A stretch of 58,614 bases of DNA, filler included, from Sphacelaria rigidula (lineage: Eukaryota), in assembly GCA_964200075.2 (NCBI GenBank). It is 5 parts of 5 records of this genome, joined end to end, with 100 filler letters (N's around TTAATTAATTAA, not from the genome) between each part and the next. Parts side by side here need not be neighbours in the genome. Positions count along the whole stretch, not along the records: positions 35,231 to 46,872 come from CAXNAA020004673.1; positions 46,973 to 58,614 come from CAXNAA020004674.1; 3 more parts are not named here. One strand, given 5' to 3'. The position numbers were made by a program, and so were the translations under genes. Below the pieces are notes generated by a model that was not told the DNA's origin, ran no database searches, and was given only the letters and a program-made list of their open reading frames with translations. Positions 38,530 to 50,525 of this stretch are shown one piece after another; within the stretch, counting starts at the first letter, position 1; each line of letters begins with the position of its first letter.

Positions 38530-39214
38530 CGGCAGTCTTCCGTCAAAAAAAAAATCGGAACAGAATCCGAAATATTTTCGCCCCAATACGCACGCACACA
38601 CTGCGCGACCCCAGATTCAGCAAGATGAGGTTGTTGTCTACTGTCTACATGACATGTGGTCGAAGTTTCAGCGAGTGAAAGCACTGACAGCGCTTGCACG
38701 GCCGTGCCTCCTGAGGTGAGCACCTCTTCAGGCGATAACAAGATGGGTACCACGTAGAATGACATCATCCAGAGTGTGCCCAATACGGATCGATGCTTGT
38801 TTGCCGGGGCAGGAGCCACCCAGCAGGTCATGACGTGGAAGTGAGCGCATTCGCGTGTCAACATGTGCATCCACTGACGTCTCACGCTGTCTGGGCCGAG
38901 GGGAATCCGTTTTGAGGGCGTATCGATGGCATTGCCCAAATCCGTATTCGCTTCGTGCGTCTGGCGCACCATGTAAAACGTGCCACCGATTCGGGAGTAT
39001 GCTGTCTGTGCTGTGGTCTACCTCTGTGCCGAGTTTCAGGCCGGTTCGTTCAGACAGCGGAGAAATCCACAAGCAAAGTAACACTTGACTTGTACTGAAA
39101 ATACAGTACTAAACCGTCGAAAGATACATGAGGTGCGTATGATTCTTGTATGCGGGAATCTTGGCATTTGAGTTGCATTTTTTTTTCTTGGTGTAAGACT
39201 GTCATGCTTTGTTT

Positions 39215-39435
39215 TTACCGTGAGAGCGGACCGTGAGATTGAGAGTGATTCTGGCGGTTTTGAAATTTTTTGGCTATTTTTCGTCCTTTCGATTGGTGGA
39301 CAACTGATGGGCAACTGAATTGAACGGAAGAAAACAACCATCACGAAAAACGCTATTTAGAATCACTCTCACTCTAACGGGGCGTTCTCACTTTTCTTGT
39401 TTGGCCGAAACAGGCCCTCAACATCAATATCACCG

Positions 39436-39468
<33 letters not shown>

Positions 39469-39982
39469 GGCCCCATTCTAACGAGACAAGAAGGTGAGAA
39501 CGCGCCGTGAGAGTGATCTCGATTCCGGCAGTTTTGGTGATTTTGTTTTTGTCCCTCTGATCGGTCGAGAGCTCATGTTCAACCTGTTGGAAGGACAAAA
39601 AACGCAAATCACGAAAAACGCCAGACTCACGGCGCGTTCTCACTTGCCTTGCTTGGTCAAAACAAGCCCTCATCATCATCAGCATCATCAGGGCCCGTTT
39701 TAACGAGACAAGAAAAATGAGAACGCGCAGTGAGAATGAGATTGATTTCGGCGATTTCGGTGATTTTTTTTCGTCTTTCCGATCGGTTGAGAGCTGAGCA
39801 ACCAGTGGAAAAGACAAGAGGAAAAATATACGGAAAAATATAAGGAAAAAAAAAAAAAACGCCAGAATCATCCTCACTCTCACGGCGCGTTCTCACTATA
39901 CTTGCTTGGTTAAAACAGACCCTCGTCATCCTCATCACTATCATCATTATTATCGTTATCAGCATCGTCGCTATCATCGTCA
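39215..39982. repeat. Degenerate ~250-bp tandem repeat with (ATC)n tracts, about 3 units
   Basis: GCGTTCTCACT at about 39382, 39634 and 39887, with recurring TAACGAGACAAGAA..TGAGAACGCGC. Confidence 0.8.
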
Positions 39983-40660
39983 TGGAAAAGGAACAACACT
40001 GGCCCGAACCGTGCGTCCGTACGAGTACGAAGTGTGCGGGAAAAGTAATTTGGCACGGATTCGGAACAATTTGCGGTAATGCCGTCCGCAAAAGCAGCGC
40101 CCTCATCTCACACAGTACCTACCACATTTGCCAGAAAGGCTCGAACTTGCAAGCTTTAACGAGGATACTAGAACGCAATCTCCGGGAAAGAAGATCCACG
40201 GAGGCTGTTACTTTTTATGTCCCCTACAACAACCATACTAGTGCACAGCTGCCAGCAACCTCCATAGACCTTTCAAAATTCAAAATTGGCGACGCCTGTA
40301 GCACTGTGGGTGTTTCATTTGAATTGGGTCATACGGTGTTTGACTGCTATTTAGCCTTGCACCTTTGCATTGAGCTGTTCGGGCTTGTGGATCGAGTAGA
40401 AAACCACCAGCCTCGACCATAGCGATCTTCTCGGCGCAGCCTCCATAGTCGCCATCGCATCATGTAACCAGTGGAGCAAGCCAGCCAGCACGTCGCCGCG
40501 TAAGGAACGACATGTTTGCACTGCTTTATTTTTGTTTACATCATCACATATACCATATACTCCGACCCGTGGTAAAAATAGATATCACCTGCCGTCCGCT
40601 GAACTCCGAGCCACTGAACTGTAAGCCTACTACCAGTAGCGCTTCAATTGCCTACGCTTG

Positions 40661-40961
40661 ATGCACGCCTTCCTGTTACGCCGCAGCACATCTAAACCAT
40701 CCGTTGCTCGCTCTTCCCTGCTCCACCTCAGCAACAACCATAACAACAGCAACAATCTCAACGTAGCCACAATGCATTCTACTGCAAACAATGCCAGCGG
40801 CGAGGGTTCAGTTGCCGCTGGTCAAGTGCGGACCGAGTCCGATGCGTTCGGGAAGATCGAGGTGAATGCATCGAGGTATTGGGGCGCGCAGACACAACGC
40901 AGCCTGCAAAACTTCCCCATTGGTGGAAGGGAATCTCGTATGCCTATCGAGGTCATCAAAG
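40661..40961 (+). CDS. fumC: Class II fumarate hydratase (fumarase), exon 1
   Basis: [44 protein letters not shown] is the conserved FumC/FH N-terminus, preceded by an R/S/L-rich extension. AG|GTATGC donor at 40962. Later exons were not found in this contig. Confidence 0.9.
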
Positions 40962-41973
40962 GTATGCCTTCAGCGATTGTAGTCCGCTCTCTAATGGGCT
41001 ATCCAGTCGGCTACATGTACCGGAAGTGACGAAACATAACACCCCCTGTCGCGTTCAACGTCGACTTTCTCGACAAGTGAGGCCCAGCACCCCCCCGAAG
41101 GTCCCCGAAAAGAAGGATGCCGATGGGGACGTTCGGTGATAGGATTTTCTTCATCGACTATATGGTAGATTTCGAGTTACACGAGGTCAAACAGCCATGG
41201 CCTGGGAGTGTTACGCTGTACTGCATAGCCTGCGTTCCAAGAGAGCCAGTGCGGAGCACAGTAGTCGCGTGCCCTTTTTACCCTGCCGTCCATGGTTTCA
41301 AAACGTGTGCAAGGAGGTGCCGTTTAGCCCCTATTGTGCTAAGCGTTGAATGATGATGATGCGTTGCGTTGTGTCTGTGCCGTTGTTTTTCAGTGTCTCT
41401 TTTTGTGTACACCAGGCAGAAGCAGGATCCTGTCTTGTTTGTTGAACGTCAGTCACGGCAGCACTGTACTGCTGTTGCGTCCCGCTGAAATTTGACGGGA
41501 TAACCTGGCCGTATCCAGTGTACGCCGTCGGTTCAGCGACTGGGAACGTGCGGTTCGTTGATGTTCAGATGTCTCGATCAACTCGCTTTACTGTACGGAA
41601 AACGTACAACATACCGGGCGAATGGCGTTCCAGCCTATGCAATGCTCCTGTCGCCTCGCAGTTGTATCAGCTCAACTTATCGTGGCATAGCACTCATCCA
41701 CGGGTAGATGACGGATAGCATCAACCTGCACGTGAGGTGTTCGACGCGCAGAATTTTACCTTGTGTTGCTTATGATACCTGCATGCGGTTATATGGGAGA
41801 TGATGGATCTAGATCCATTGGTCAGCTGGGGCTATATTAACGCTCCCAGCAGGGAACGGGAACGAATCGTAGAGAAGGAGGATAATTCTGGAGTTGTTGC
41901 TATTGTTGTGGAGTGGGGGGGTGGTAAGTCCTACCGGTTGGCGCGTGATGAGTGTTGGGCGCCGGGAAAATGT

Positions 41974-42420
41974 CAGGGGTATACACGTTACGCGTTCACG
42001 TTCATGTTACGTTCATCGCGTGAAAAACGTTAGCGTTCACGTTACGTTTCGTATGTCACGGTGAAAAAAAATGGTTCATTAACATTTTGATCGGAAATTT
42101 CACGTTACGTTGACGTGACGTTCATCACGCGAACCAAATAGCAAATGTAACGTTACGTTTCGTCACATGGAGCGTAATATGAAACGCTTCATGGACCGTG
42201 TAACGTCCAATATAACGTTTCTTTGACACGTGTAACGTTCGAATGTGACGTTTCATTCTGTGCATGTCGCGGCTCATTTACCAGCGTTTAAGGCGTTGTT
42301 ACGTATTGTGTAACGCGTGACCTTACCATGTACGTGACGCTGACAGTAGCCCGTTGTATGTTTCAGCGTAGGCGTATCATCTGAGTGTGTAACGTTACTT
42401 TCTCTACGGTGTATCGTTCA
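41974..42420. repeat. Probable hAT terminus and subterminal motif array
   Basis: Starts CAGGGGTATACACGTTACG, followed by dense CGTTAC/GTAACG/CACGT motifs. Lies downstream of the minus-strand transposase; a matching TIR/TSD was not resolved. Confidence 0.55.
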
Positions 42421-43184
42421 TTCGTTTTTGACCGTATTATTTTCATATCTCCCCTTTTCTTCTCATCTTTTTGTTTCCAATTTTCAGTTTTTAAATGCTT
42501 GGTCATTCGCATGACAGCACATACTGTACACACAACAGTCCGTGGACATGATTGAACGCCGGCTTGAGTCGCCCTCGCATTCCGCAGACAAAACGAAGTT
42601 GGGTACCCTCGGTTCTCTCTCTATATATACATGTATTCATGGACAAATAAGCTAGTTCATCACGGCCGGCACAGGCAGGCGTACGTATATATGCACAAAT
42701 GCATGGCAGGTTTACACCGCGGTCCAGGCAGTCAATGCATTTATCTAGCTTGACGTTTTACTGTATACAGACTGATTGATTTTTCCATTTTTTCCCATCA
42801 GGTAGACCAGCTACGAAACCTGCCGTGGTCGCAGGACAAATATACCCAACGTAGAAAAACTGCAACGCTCGCTACTTCGACAAACAAAAACTCAACCCAA
42901 TAGTGAAGATAAAAACAATCAAATCAACCAAACAACAAGTATAACGCTCGCTACTTCGACAAAAACAAATCTCAATGGAGTAGCAGTAAAAATGAAGATA
43001 AAACAAAAAAAAAACAGAAACGAAGAGAATCCTCCGCCACAGAAAACAACGTAACATACGGAGTACAATACAAAGAATGAACTCAATACAAGCATTCATG
43101 ACGCCCCCCGCCACTCTCTTCGACCACTACAGTACATCCACAATATCCTTTTCCCGTGCAAGATTAACGATCTCCCCTTCGCCT

Positions 43185-44360
43185 TCAGCCTGTGCAGCGA
43201 TGGCGTGTCACCGCGCCTCCTCCTGCCTTGCGTGGATATTGGCCATTCCCGCGTTGATGAATTCCACCTCCTTCACGTGGCCAGCGTTGAGACGCAGGAA
43301 CATCGTCTTGGACACGCAGTCGGGTCCCATTTGGCACCTCCGCTTGGTGAGGGTAGTCGGCAAAATGAAGGAGTCCCGCTCCGATTAGCAACGCGTGCTA
43401 TTCACGCTGACGTAGACTCGTGCCTGTGCAGACAAAAGTGCGAACTTCGGCCCCTCGATGATCGAGCCCCCCCCATCGAACACGGGGCTCCCCGCCGACC
43501 GCTAGTAGGCGATGACATCCAGGTGGGCGTCTGCAGACGGCGCACTGTGGTCGTAGGCTATCATCTGCTTCCCTAAGCGGGCGGAAATGGTCATGGACGA
43601 CCCCGCCGCCTGGACGCTGGCGGTCGCTTTCATGGCGACGGCGCGGCTAGCCTCACGCTTCTCAAACAGGCTCCGTGGGCGTTTCGGTGCGGGCTCCTCA
43701 ACGCTGCCCGCCACCCCATCAAGAGAAACAGCCGTCTCCCTGCTACCCAACTCAGTGTCCATCGCCTTGCCTAGCGCGACCCGCGCCTCCTTCGCCCTGT
43801 CGCGCAAAGTGTGGTAGTCCACCTCCGTTAAATCCCCGTTGCCACACACCGAGTCGCTCATTGTTTTGTATCGCGGGTCCAGGTAAAGGGCGAGGGTCTC
43901 CGAGGTGGTGGAAGCCACAATGACCTTGCGATCCTTGAGCTGCTCGATGCAGAAAGATACCACCTTTTGCATTGGAGCCTGGAGATCATCGACGCACTTG
44001 AGGTCGTGGATCGGCGGCTCCTCCCCCTTCTTGGTATCCCTCGCCTTCTTGAAGTCAACCATCTCCAACTTTGCGGAGGTACACAGGTGAATGATCCGGC
44101 CGAGGATGCTGTCCATGCTGCCCTGGATACCGATCGTCACTCGCTACGCGTACCCCAGCACGCAGCAGATCGCTGGAGTGTACACTCGCCGTCATGCACA
44201 AGTCGTACACGTTTGACATTATGTCTGTTCCGTTCTTCGACACGTATCTAATGAGGTGGCCGCACCGGTCTTCCCGTCGGCGTCAAGACTCGGCAGATGA
44301 CGCTTTTGCCGTTGGACGAGACAGGCGAGAATTGGGCCAGATATTCCACAGCGGTGACAG
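43185..44360 (-). pseudogene. Degenerate hAT transposase, C-terminal part
   Basis: TLALYLDPRYK motif and a dimerisation-like domain (SERDSFILPTTLTKRRCQMGPDCVSKTMFLRLN), interrupted by stops and frameshifts. Confidence 0.8.
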
Positions 44361-45970
44361 AGTACCCTGTCGATTTCGTGTCGCAACGTCCTCCGCTCGT
44401 TTTCGACAATCATCGTGTCGGCGACCGGGCAGGCGGCTCTCGCATCAGAGGCTGCAGCTGCAGGCAACGGCCAAGATTGGCTGGAGGCTGCGGCACCCCC
44501 TAGATAATAACCCGCCGACTCCCCCCCTGGATCCATGTCATGTACGGGTGCACGTGAACGTCACGTGGATATGTACGTTACACCCGGTCTCTCGATATGA
44601 ATGCGATCAAGATGGTTATGATGTTATGATGCTGTGCTGCAACGATAACTTGTAGGGTTAGCCGTGGTGCGGAGCGCGCGAACTTGATATAATAGTACAT
44701 CACCTGTACCATGTGTCTCTTGTAGTCCTTTCTCTACGTTTTGTTCTTCTATTTCTTCTTTTCTTCCATTTTTCTCCATTTCGTTTTTTTTTTTTCTGAT
44801 CACGAGCTGGAGTGTTGCAGTCAGCTACGTGATGCGAGATAATCATCTTGTTGTGATGTTTGTTTTTGTTGTTTTTGTTGTTTTTATTGTTTTTGTTGGC
44901 GATCGGTTGTGAGTTGATGCCACGTTCTCACTGCGCCCGAAATCACCATCACGGAAAGTAATCATCTGGGAATTCATTTTTGTGACAGCGGATGAACATT
45001 CGCATGATATTGCGAAGAGGAACGTGACATGGTTGCAACGCGTGGACTGTTCGCCTGAGCGCCTGTTGTACGGATCACAGGTGTCCAAGCAGGGGTGTGC
45101 TGCCGGGGCTGTCGGGAGGGCTGGTCTATGGTGTCTCTGTGGGGCGTTGAACGGAGTGATCCGCTCTCATTTGTACACGTAGTCATCATCACGAGCTATT
45201 GCCCCTGGATTTGGAACGGCGCGTGATTGCTCGTGATAATGCACTGTCACTCTCATGAAATGACTCTCTCTCTTTTCTCGTCTCGTGAAAACACCGCCTA
45301 GCAGTGGACTGTCGAGAAGAGCAAGAGAAAAGAGCACGGCCCATTCCTGACCACCATTTTTTTTTTTTTTTTGCGCCGCGCACACATGAGGTGGACAATT
45401 TTGCAGGTATACTGTACTCTGTTCGGGATCCAGGCCGAAAACCTCACATGCGCTTCTGATGAATAATCAAACAAACGAACTAAACGTGGTTGGATTATCG
45501 GTACGTACGTACGTTCAAGACATATGCTCTTGCGCGTTCGACGGAGGAAGTAGGCCTGCGTGCTTGTATAGTCTCATAGACAGCAGGCTTGGTCAACTTG
45601 AATGTGTCGGATATCACGTGATGCGAGAAGAATGTACACCCTGGATTATGACCATATATTCTATCGTGAAAATGTACTGCGTACAGTATTGAAACTATTG
45701 GCTGCTGTTGCATTAGGCGCAATAGTCTATGCTGTGTACACAGCACACCTTTTGACAGTGTATTCTATTGTCATCATCCAGGGTGTGGAAGAATGCATGC
45801 GATAGTAATAGCGGCAGACTCCCCGGTGTACTGCGTTCATCCGGTACCCAGGTTTTTGTAGTAGCGAGTAACGCACGTTTTGCTTTATCCGGTGTGTCTT
45901 GGACGTCGTACAGTGCGTGATGATGTGAACCTTGGGTACGTGTGTCGCACATTTAGCGTGCCTCACTCAC

Positions 45971-46573
45971 GGTCGCTCCGGGGGCTCTCTTGGTAACCTC
46001 GAAACCATACTGACGGATGGGTCGTGGGTTCCAATTTCGATGCAGTCACATGATCTGAGATATTGTCTCATACCATGCCCAACACTGGAGAGCGACGATG
46101 TCGTGGATACACAAAGTTCGACTTCACGGTCGACGACGGAAAGGGGGCGCTTAATTGTTCTCGTGATTCAAAAAGAAAACGAAAATAAAAACAAGCGCTG
46201 CAGAACGAAGGTGGAGTTGATTGATTGATTGGTTGTCGCACTTTAACCAACCCCACGAGGGATCCAGCCGTGGTCAGTATCCACATGATTGACGTACCCA
46301 AGAAAAAAAAAACTGAAAACACTCGCTGAAGAAAAAGAAGGAACAGAAAAAGTCGAACAGAACGACATAGTGGACTACGACGTAAAGAACAAAAAAAAGA
46401 GTGAGAATGCAAAATACAAATTATTGAAGAAAAAAAAAAAAATCCTGTGTTGACCTTCCTCCTCCTCCTGCGTGACCCCGGCTGATGCACACACATATAC
46501 GGTAAGGTGTACGACGTCGTAACGTCCAGGATGGATGGGAGGACAACACACAACACACACGAACACGAACACG
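45971..46573 (+). mobile_element. tRNA-derived SINE-like element (family 1), longer copy
   Basis: TTGGTAACCTCGAAACC...CGTGGGTTC and the downstream body match 3880-4245. Confidence 0.75.
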
Positions 46574-46575
46574 TA

Positions 46576-46872
46576 CGAGCTGGGCCAGCCAAGAGTAGGC
46601 GCGAACCTTCCTCAGGCGACGCACGTCGAGATATTACGAGTTGGACGCTGAAATTTTGACAGCAGCTTTTTATGATAAAATGCAGGAGATCACGTGGGCA
46701 GCAAATGAGAAAATAAAAAATGAGGAAGTTATGGGGATTCGAAATTTCAGAAGAAAAAAAAAACTAGATAATGCGAGAAGTCCAGGAAAAAAAGGAGAAT
46801 CTGCAGCTGGACTCGTGAAGTATCAGTTCCTTGGGTGCAGAAGGTCTTACTGAAATTTCAGCTCAAGACTCG
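46576..46872. mobile_element. Left end of Tc1/mariner-type MITE, cut by contig end
   Basis: TA|CGAGCTGGGCCAGC. Confidence 0.65.
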
Positions 46873-46972
46873 NNNNNNNNNNNNNNNNNNNNNNNNNNNN
46901 NNNNNNNNNNNNNNNNTTAATTAATTAANNNNNNNNNNNNNNNNNNNNNNNNNNNNNNNNNNNNNNNNNNNN
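46873..46972. other. Artificial contig spacer
   Basis: 44N-TTAATTAATTAA-44N. Confidence 0.98.
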
Positions 46973-47041
46973 GTCACTGGTCTTGTGACTATGGCATGCA
47001 TGACCATGAGTACACCCTCACCCCCCCCACCCCCCCACCCC
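46973..47041 (+). mobile_element. 3' tail of family B retroelement with C-rich tail
   Basis: GTCACTGGTCTTGTGACTATGGCATGCATGACCATGAGTACA followed by an interrupted C tract. Confidence 0.65.
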
Positions 47042-47697
47042 ATTATTGGCGTCCCTAACGGCGAGGCTTTCGTTCCTATTCATAGTACTTTTTACGGTTA
47101 GCCGTGCGGTCGGAATTCCTTATCTGCTCATCCTAATCAATTACGGTTAATGTCGGACTCCTTTTTTATTTTTCGCCATTACGTTCAAACTCCCACCCGT
47201 GCAAGACCCGTGGCGCTCATACGTTCGGCACTGCTGCCACGCGCGTCAGCCGTGGCTTACCACTAGTGTTTGTATTAATGCACACACACACAAGGCAAAC
47301 AATGACACGAGCGCATTGCACTGAACACCAAAACTAGCGTAACCAGCAGGCGGCTTTTCACATATCGTCGCCTTCACCTCTTGCGTGGTGTAAGTTGTGT
47401 CTATGGCCGTGAGTATTGAGATCTGTTGCACTGGGTCGAAATGATGCTACCACTAGCACGAACAGTGGTGCAGAACTAGTTGTAGTTGTGGACATTTTAG
47501 GAAGCCGTACAGCCGTAGCTCCGCAGCACGTCTACATGAGTCGAGGTTCGCAAGGTCTGCAGCGAGGGTGTTGCACTTGTGTCGAATTCCGTGATCATCG
47601 CCGTGCGAGACGCAGGCTTGGGTGCGTGGGTGTATTTTTGTGTGGGCATGTGTAGATCGGACTGTACTGTACTGTACTAAACTATACTGTACTGTTA

Positions 47698-49902
47698 TGG
47701 GCGCGCCTGACCCCCCATAGTGGCCCAAAAAAGTGTCACCGACCAAAATAACATAAAGACACGAACGGACTAACTTCTGGGGCTTATTCAGGCTCGTCGG
47801 GTAAAAGATGCCTGACGTCATCGGAAGAGAACGACATGGATCCAAAATTCATATAGAGAACCCTACCGTTACTTTCGTTGTTGTTCCTCACATATTGCAT
47901 GCCACTGCGTAGCTTTTCGTCCACGCTTGCGATACGCTGGAATGCCAGGAGGCTAGTTGGGTTGATCCAACCCAACGCACACCGAGAACCCTCGGGCAAG
48001 GGCGGTACATACACACTCTGAACAAAGTGAGGCCTTGGTAGACTCCAAATCTACGCCTGGGGCGCCGATTTCAACGAAAACACGTTCTGCTCACACGAGG
48101 AGCCCACGGAACTGTCAGTGCTACTTGAATTCCGATTCTCGTTCTACACACTCAAACCAAGTAATATCAGCCATGATTATTTGTAGCCCAACGCCTGAGA
48201 CGGGAACGCTGAACCATTTATTTTTGTAGAATCATATGCTCAATATGCGACAGGACCATATGTACTGATGAACTTCAACGAGGACGGCCCTTACGCAGAC
48301 GAGTGGAGTACAGTCACCGGGTGTGTCATGTAGGCCGGACGGATGTTGGTCGACTTCCTCGTTATATTTCGAGGAGCTTGATTTATCGGATCCCATCGTT
48401 CTACAATTTCAGCGGATGAATAACTCGCCCTGTGCAAGCGTATTTGTTGTTCCATGGGTATGCCTTTTCATTTCATGAACATGCATGATTTTCATCGGAC
48501 TCCTAGGATATCGTGTTCCAAGAAGAAATGAGAGCAAACCGTCGGTCGTCACCAACTACTGCCGATACAACGGACGCGTGTCTTGGGACTGGTTGGTGCA
48601 CTGAAAGACATGAATGGGACTTCGGTGCCATGTGGCTTCATCAAAAGTGGGCTGACGGCTTTCTGCTGTCTTCTGTGTCGTCTTTTCGCAGTATAGTCGA
48701 CCATTCGGGAGGGTAAGCTGATCCATCGTGGTTGTATTGTGAACACCGAAATCCGGATCTTTCCATGGAAGCTGTGCTTCTAGCGTGCTCCTAGCTTGCC
48801 CACAACGCGTTTTTGTCTGAATCAGGGCCTGGAGAAACGAGTTGAGGTCTGGCAACGCACACTTCGCTTGGTGAACACGTTGCACCCGCCTTGCTCGAGG
48901 ATTCTCGGTATGCCCTTGTTGTGGTTAGGGCTAAGTTTGTTGTTATACTTTGTTCGCTTCGCTGCTGCAAGATCGCAAAGACGATTCGTGCTTTCGTTCG
49001 TGCGACTCATGATCATTTCTGTAACGGCTGTTTGAGTGTGTTACCATTGCGGATACTGCTCTCTATTCTTGAACGCCAGCTTGCTCTGTGGCTTTCTTTT
49101 CTCCAGTTCAGAGTTTGTCCACACTTGCCGCCAGGTGCGATTAGATACAAAGCTACGCTATCGATGGTGGCATGGTGATGGCACCGGGTGCAGGAGAACG
49201 AGCGCTACTCTTGCCACTATCATAAGCGATACACAGATGGGGGTGAATATCCTCACACACGGAAGCCTCTAGGGGTTTGGTCGAAGGTTCAAACTCTACA
49301 CCTGCTGAACATTCCACACAAGCAATGTATCAACCATCTCCAGTATCAAGAGTCATCCATGGGTGTAATCTGTTCTCAGGCCCTTGGACAGGGGTGAGGT
49401 TTTCGTATGTCGTGGAAATCGGCGAGTGTTGGAGGCGCTGGTTTGCGCTCATAGCCCAAACGCTTGCTCCCATTACTCATCTCCAAGGCAATCGATTGGG
49501 ATGCGTTTTTTTGCATCATCTGCGCCGAGACGGCAGCTACAAATCCAGTGGTCGTTTTTTTTTTATCTCATCGGGATTCGAGTTTTATCAGAAATAAAGT
49601 TAACAAAATATGTTTTTTTTTGCGATTTTCTCGATCACCACAACTCCTTTGGTTCCACAATGGTATCAGATTGTAGCTTGGACAAATACACGCCGGTGAG
49701 TAGCCGAGGCACGTCGTGGTTCGTAGTCCGGGACGACGAAAATGGGAGATCGTCAAGTGAAAACCCCACTCAAATCACAAGTAAAATTGCTTTGGGGGAT
49801 TTCACGGCGTGCATAATGATGGGATGAACGAGATCTCAGGTGTGTTCGTGGTTTTGGTCAGTGACACTTTTTTTGCCCATTTTGGGGGGTCAGCCGCGCC
49901 CA
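47698..49902. mobile_element. 2.2-kb TIR DNA transposon, non-autonomous or decayed
   Basis: TA|TGGGCGCGCCTGACCCCCC..AAAAAAGTGTCACCGACCAAAA at the left and its imperfect reverse complement at 49852-49902|TA. TIRs are about 50 bp; no intact transposase. Confidence 0.75.
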
Positions 49903-50477
49903 TATCTGTACTGTCTAAGCACTGCTGCTGGGGTTGTGCGTGCGCGCGTTTTTGTGTCTGCGGGAGTTAGTGATGTTCGTTGTGCAGAAGGTAGCATGCA
50001 TTTCGATTTGAACCTCCTGTGTCCCGATGACGGCTCTCGTGTGTGCAATGTTTCTGGTTGATTTATGCATGGCAGCTCGATTTGGAAGATCAGAACTCGG
50101 GAGGTGTCCCGGACGAGAAAGATAGTTCTGGTTGGCTGAAAACCTCACTCTAGTTGTATTCTAGGAAAGTACCGTCGTCTCGGGGTGTCGAGTTTGTCCA
50201 GGTCAACATCGCCTCCCTATTCGCCATCCGTCACCTACGTGGCAGGTCCTGGGCTTACCCAGCGGCCACTGCGAAACCGAGGGGTACGGCAGTAACCTAC
50301 TGGAGGTAGTGTCAGGACGCTACGAATTTGGCAACATTGCCCTGAAATGTGGAGTACCTACGGTTTTATTTTGCACGAAACGTCAAAGTTTGTAGTGAAG
50401 CGGCGAAAACAATGTTGATAATATCGAAGCTTTTAACTCCGTGCTTTACGCAGAAGTTGCAGTTTCCTTGACCTGGA

Positions 50478-50525
50478 CGGTAGCTGAGGCCCACGGTAGC
50501 TGAGGCCCACGGTAGCTGAGGCCCA
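50478..50525. repeat. 16-bp tandem triplication
   Basis: (CGGTAGCTGAGGCCCA)x3. Confidence 0.9.

Noticed and set aside
37973-38719. 248-aa ORF with a poly-Ile 'transmembrane' stretch
   Set aside because: It spans a degenerate tandem repeat and an (ATT/ATC)n microsatellite.
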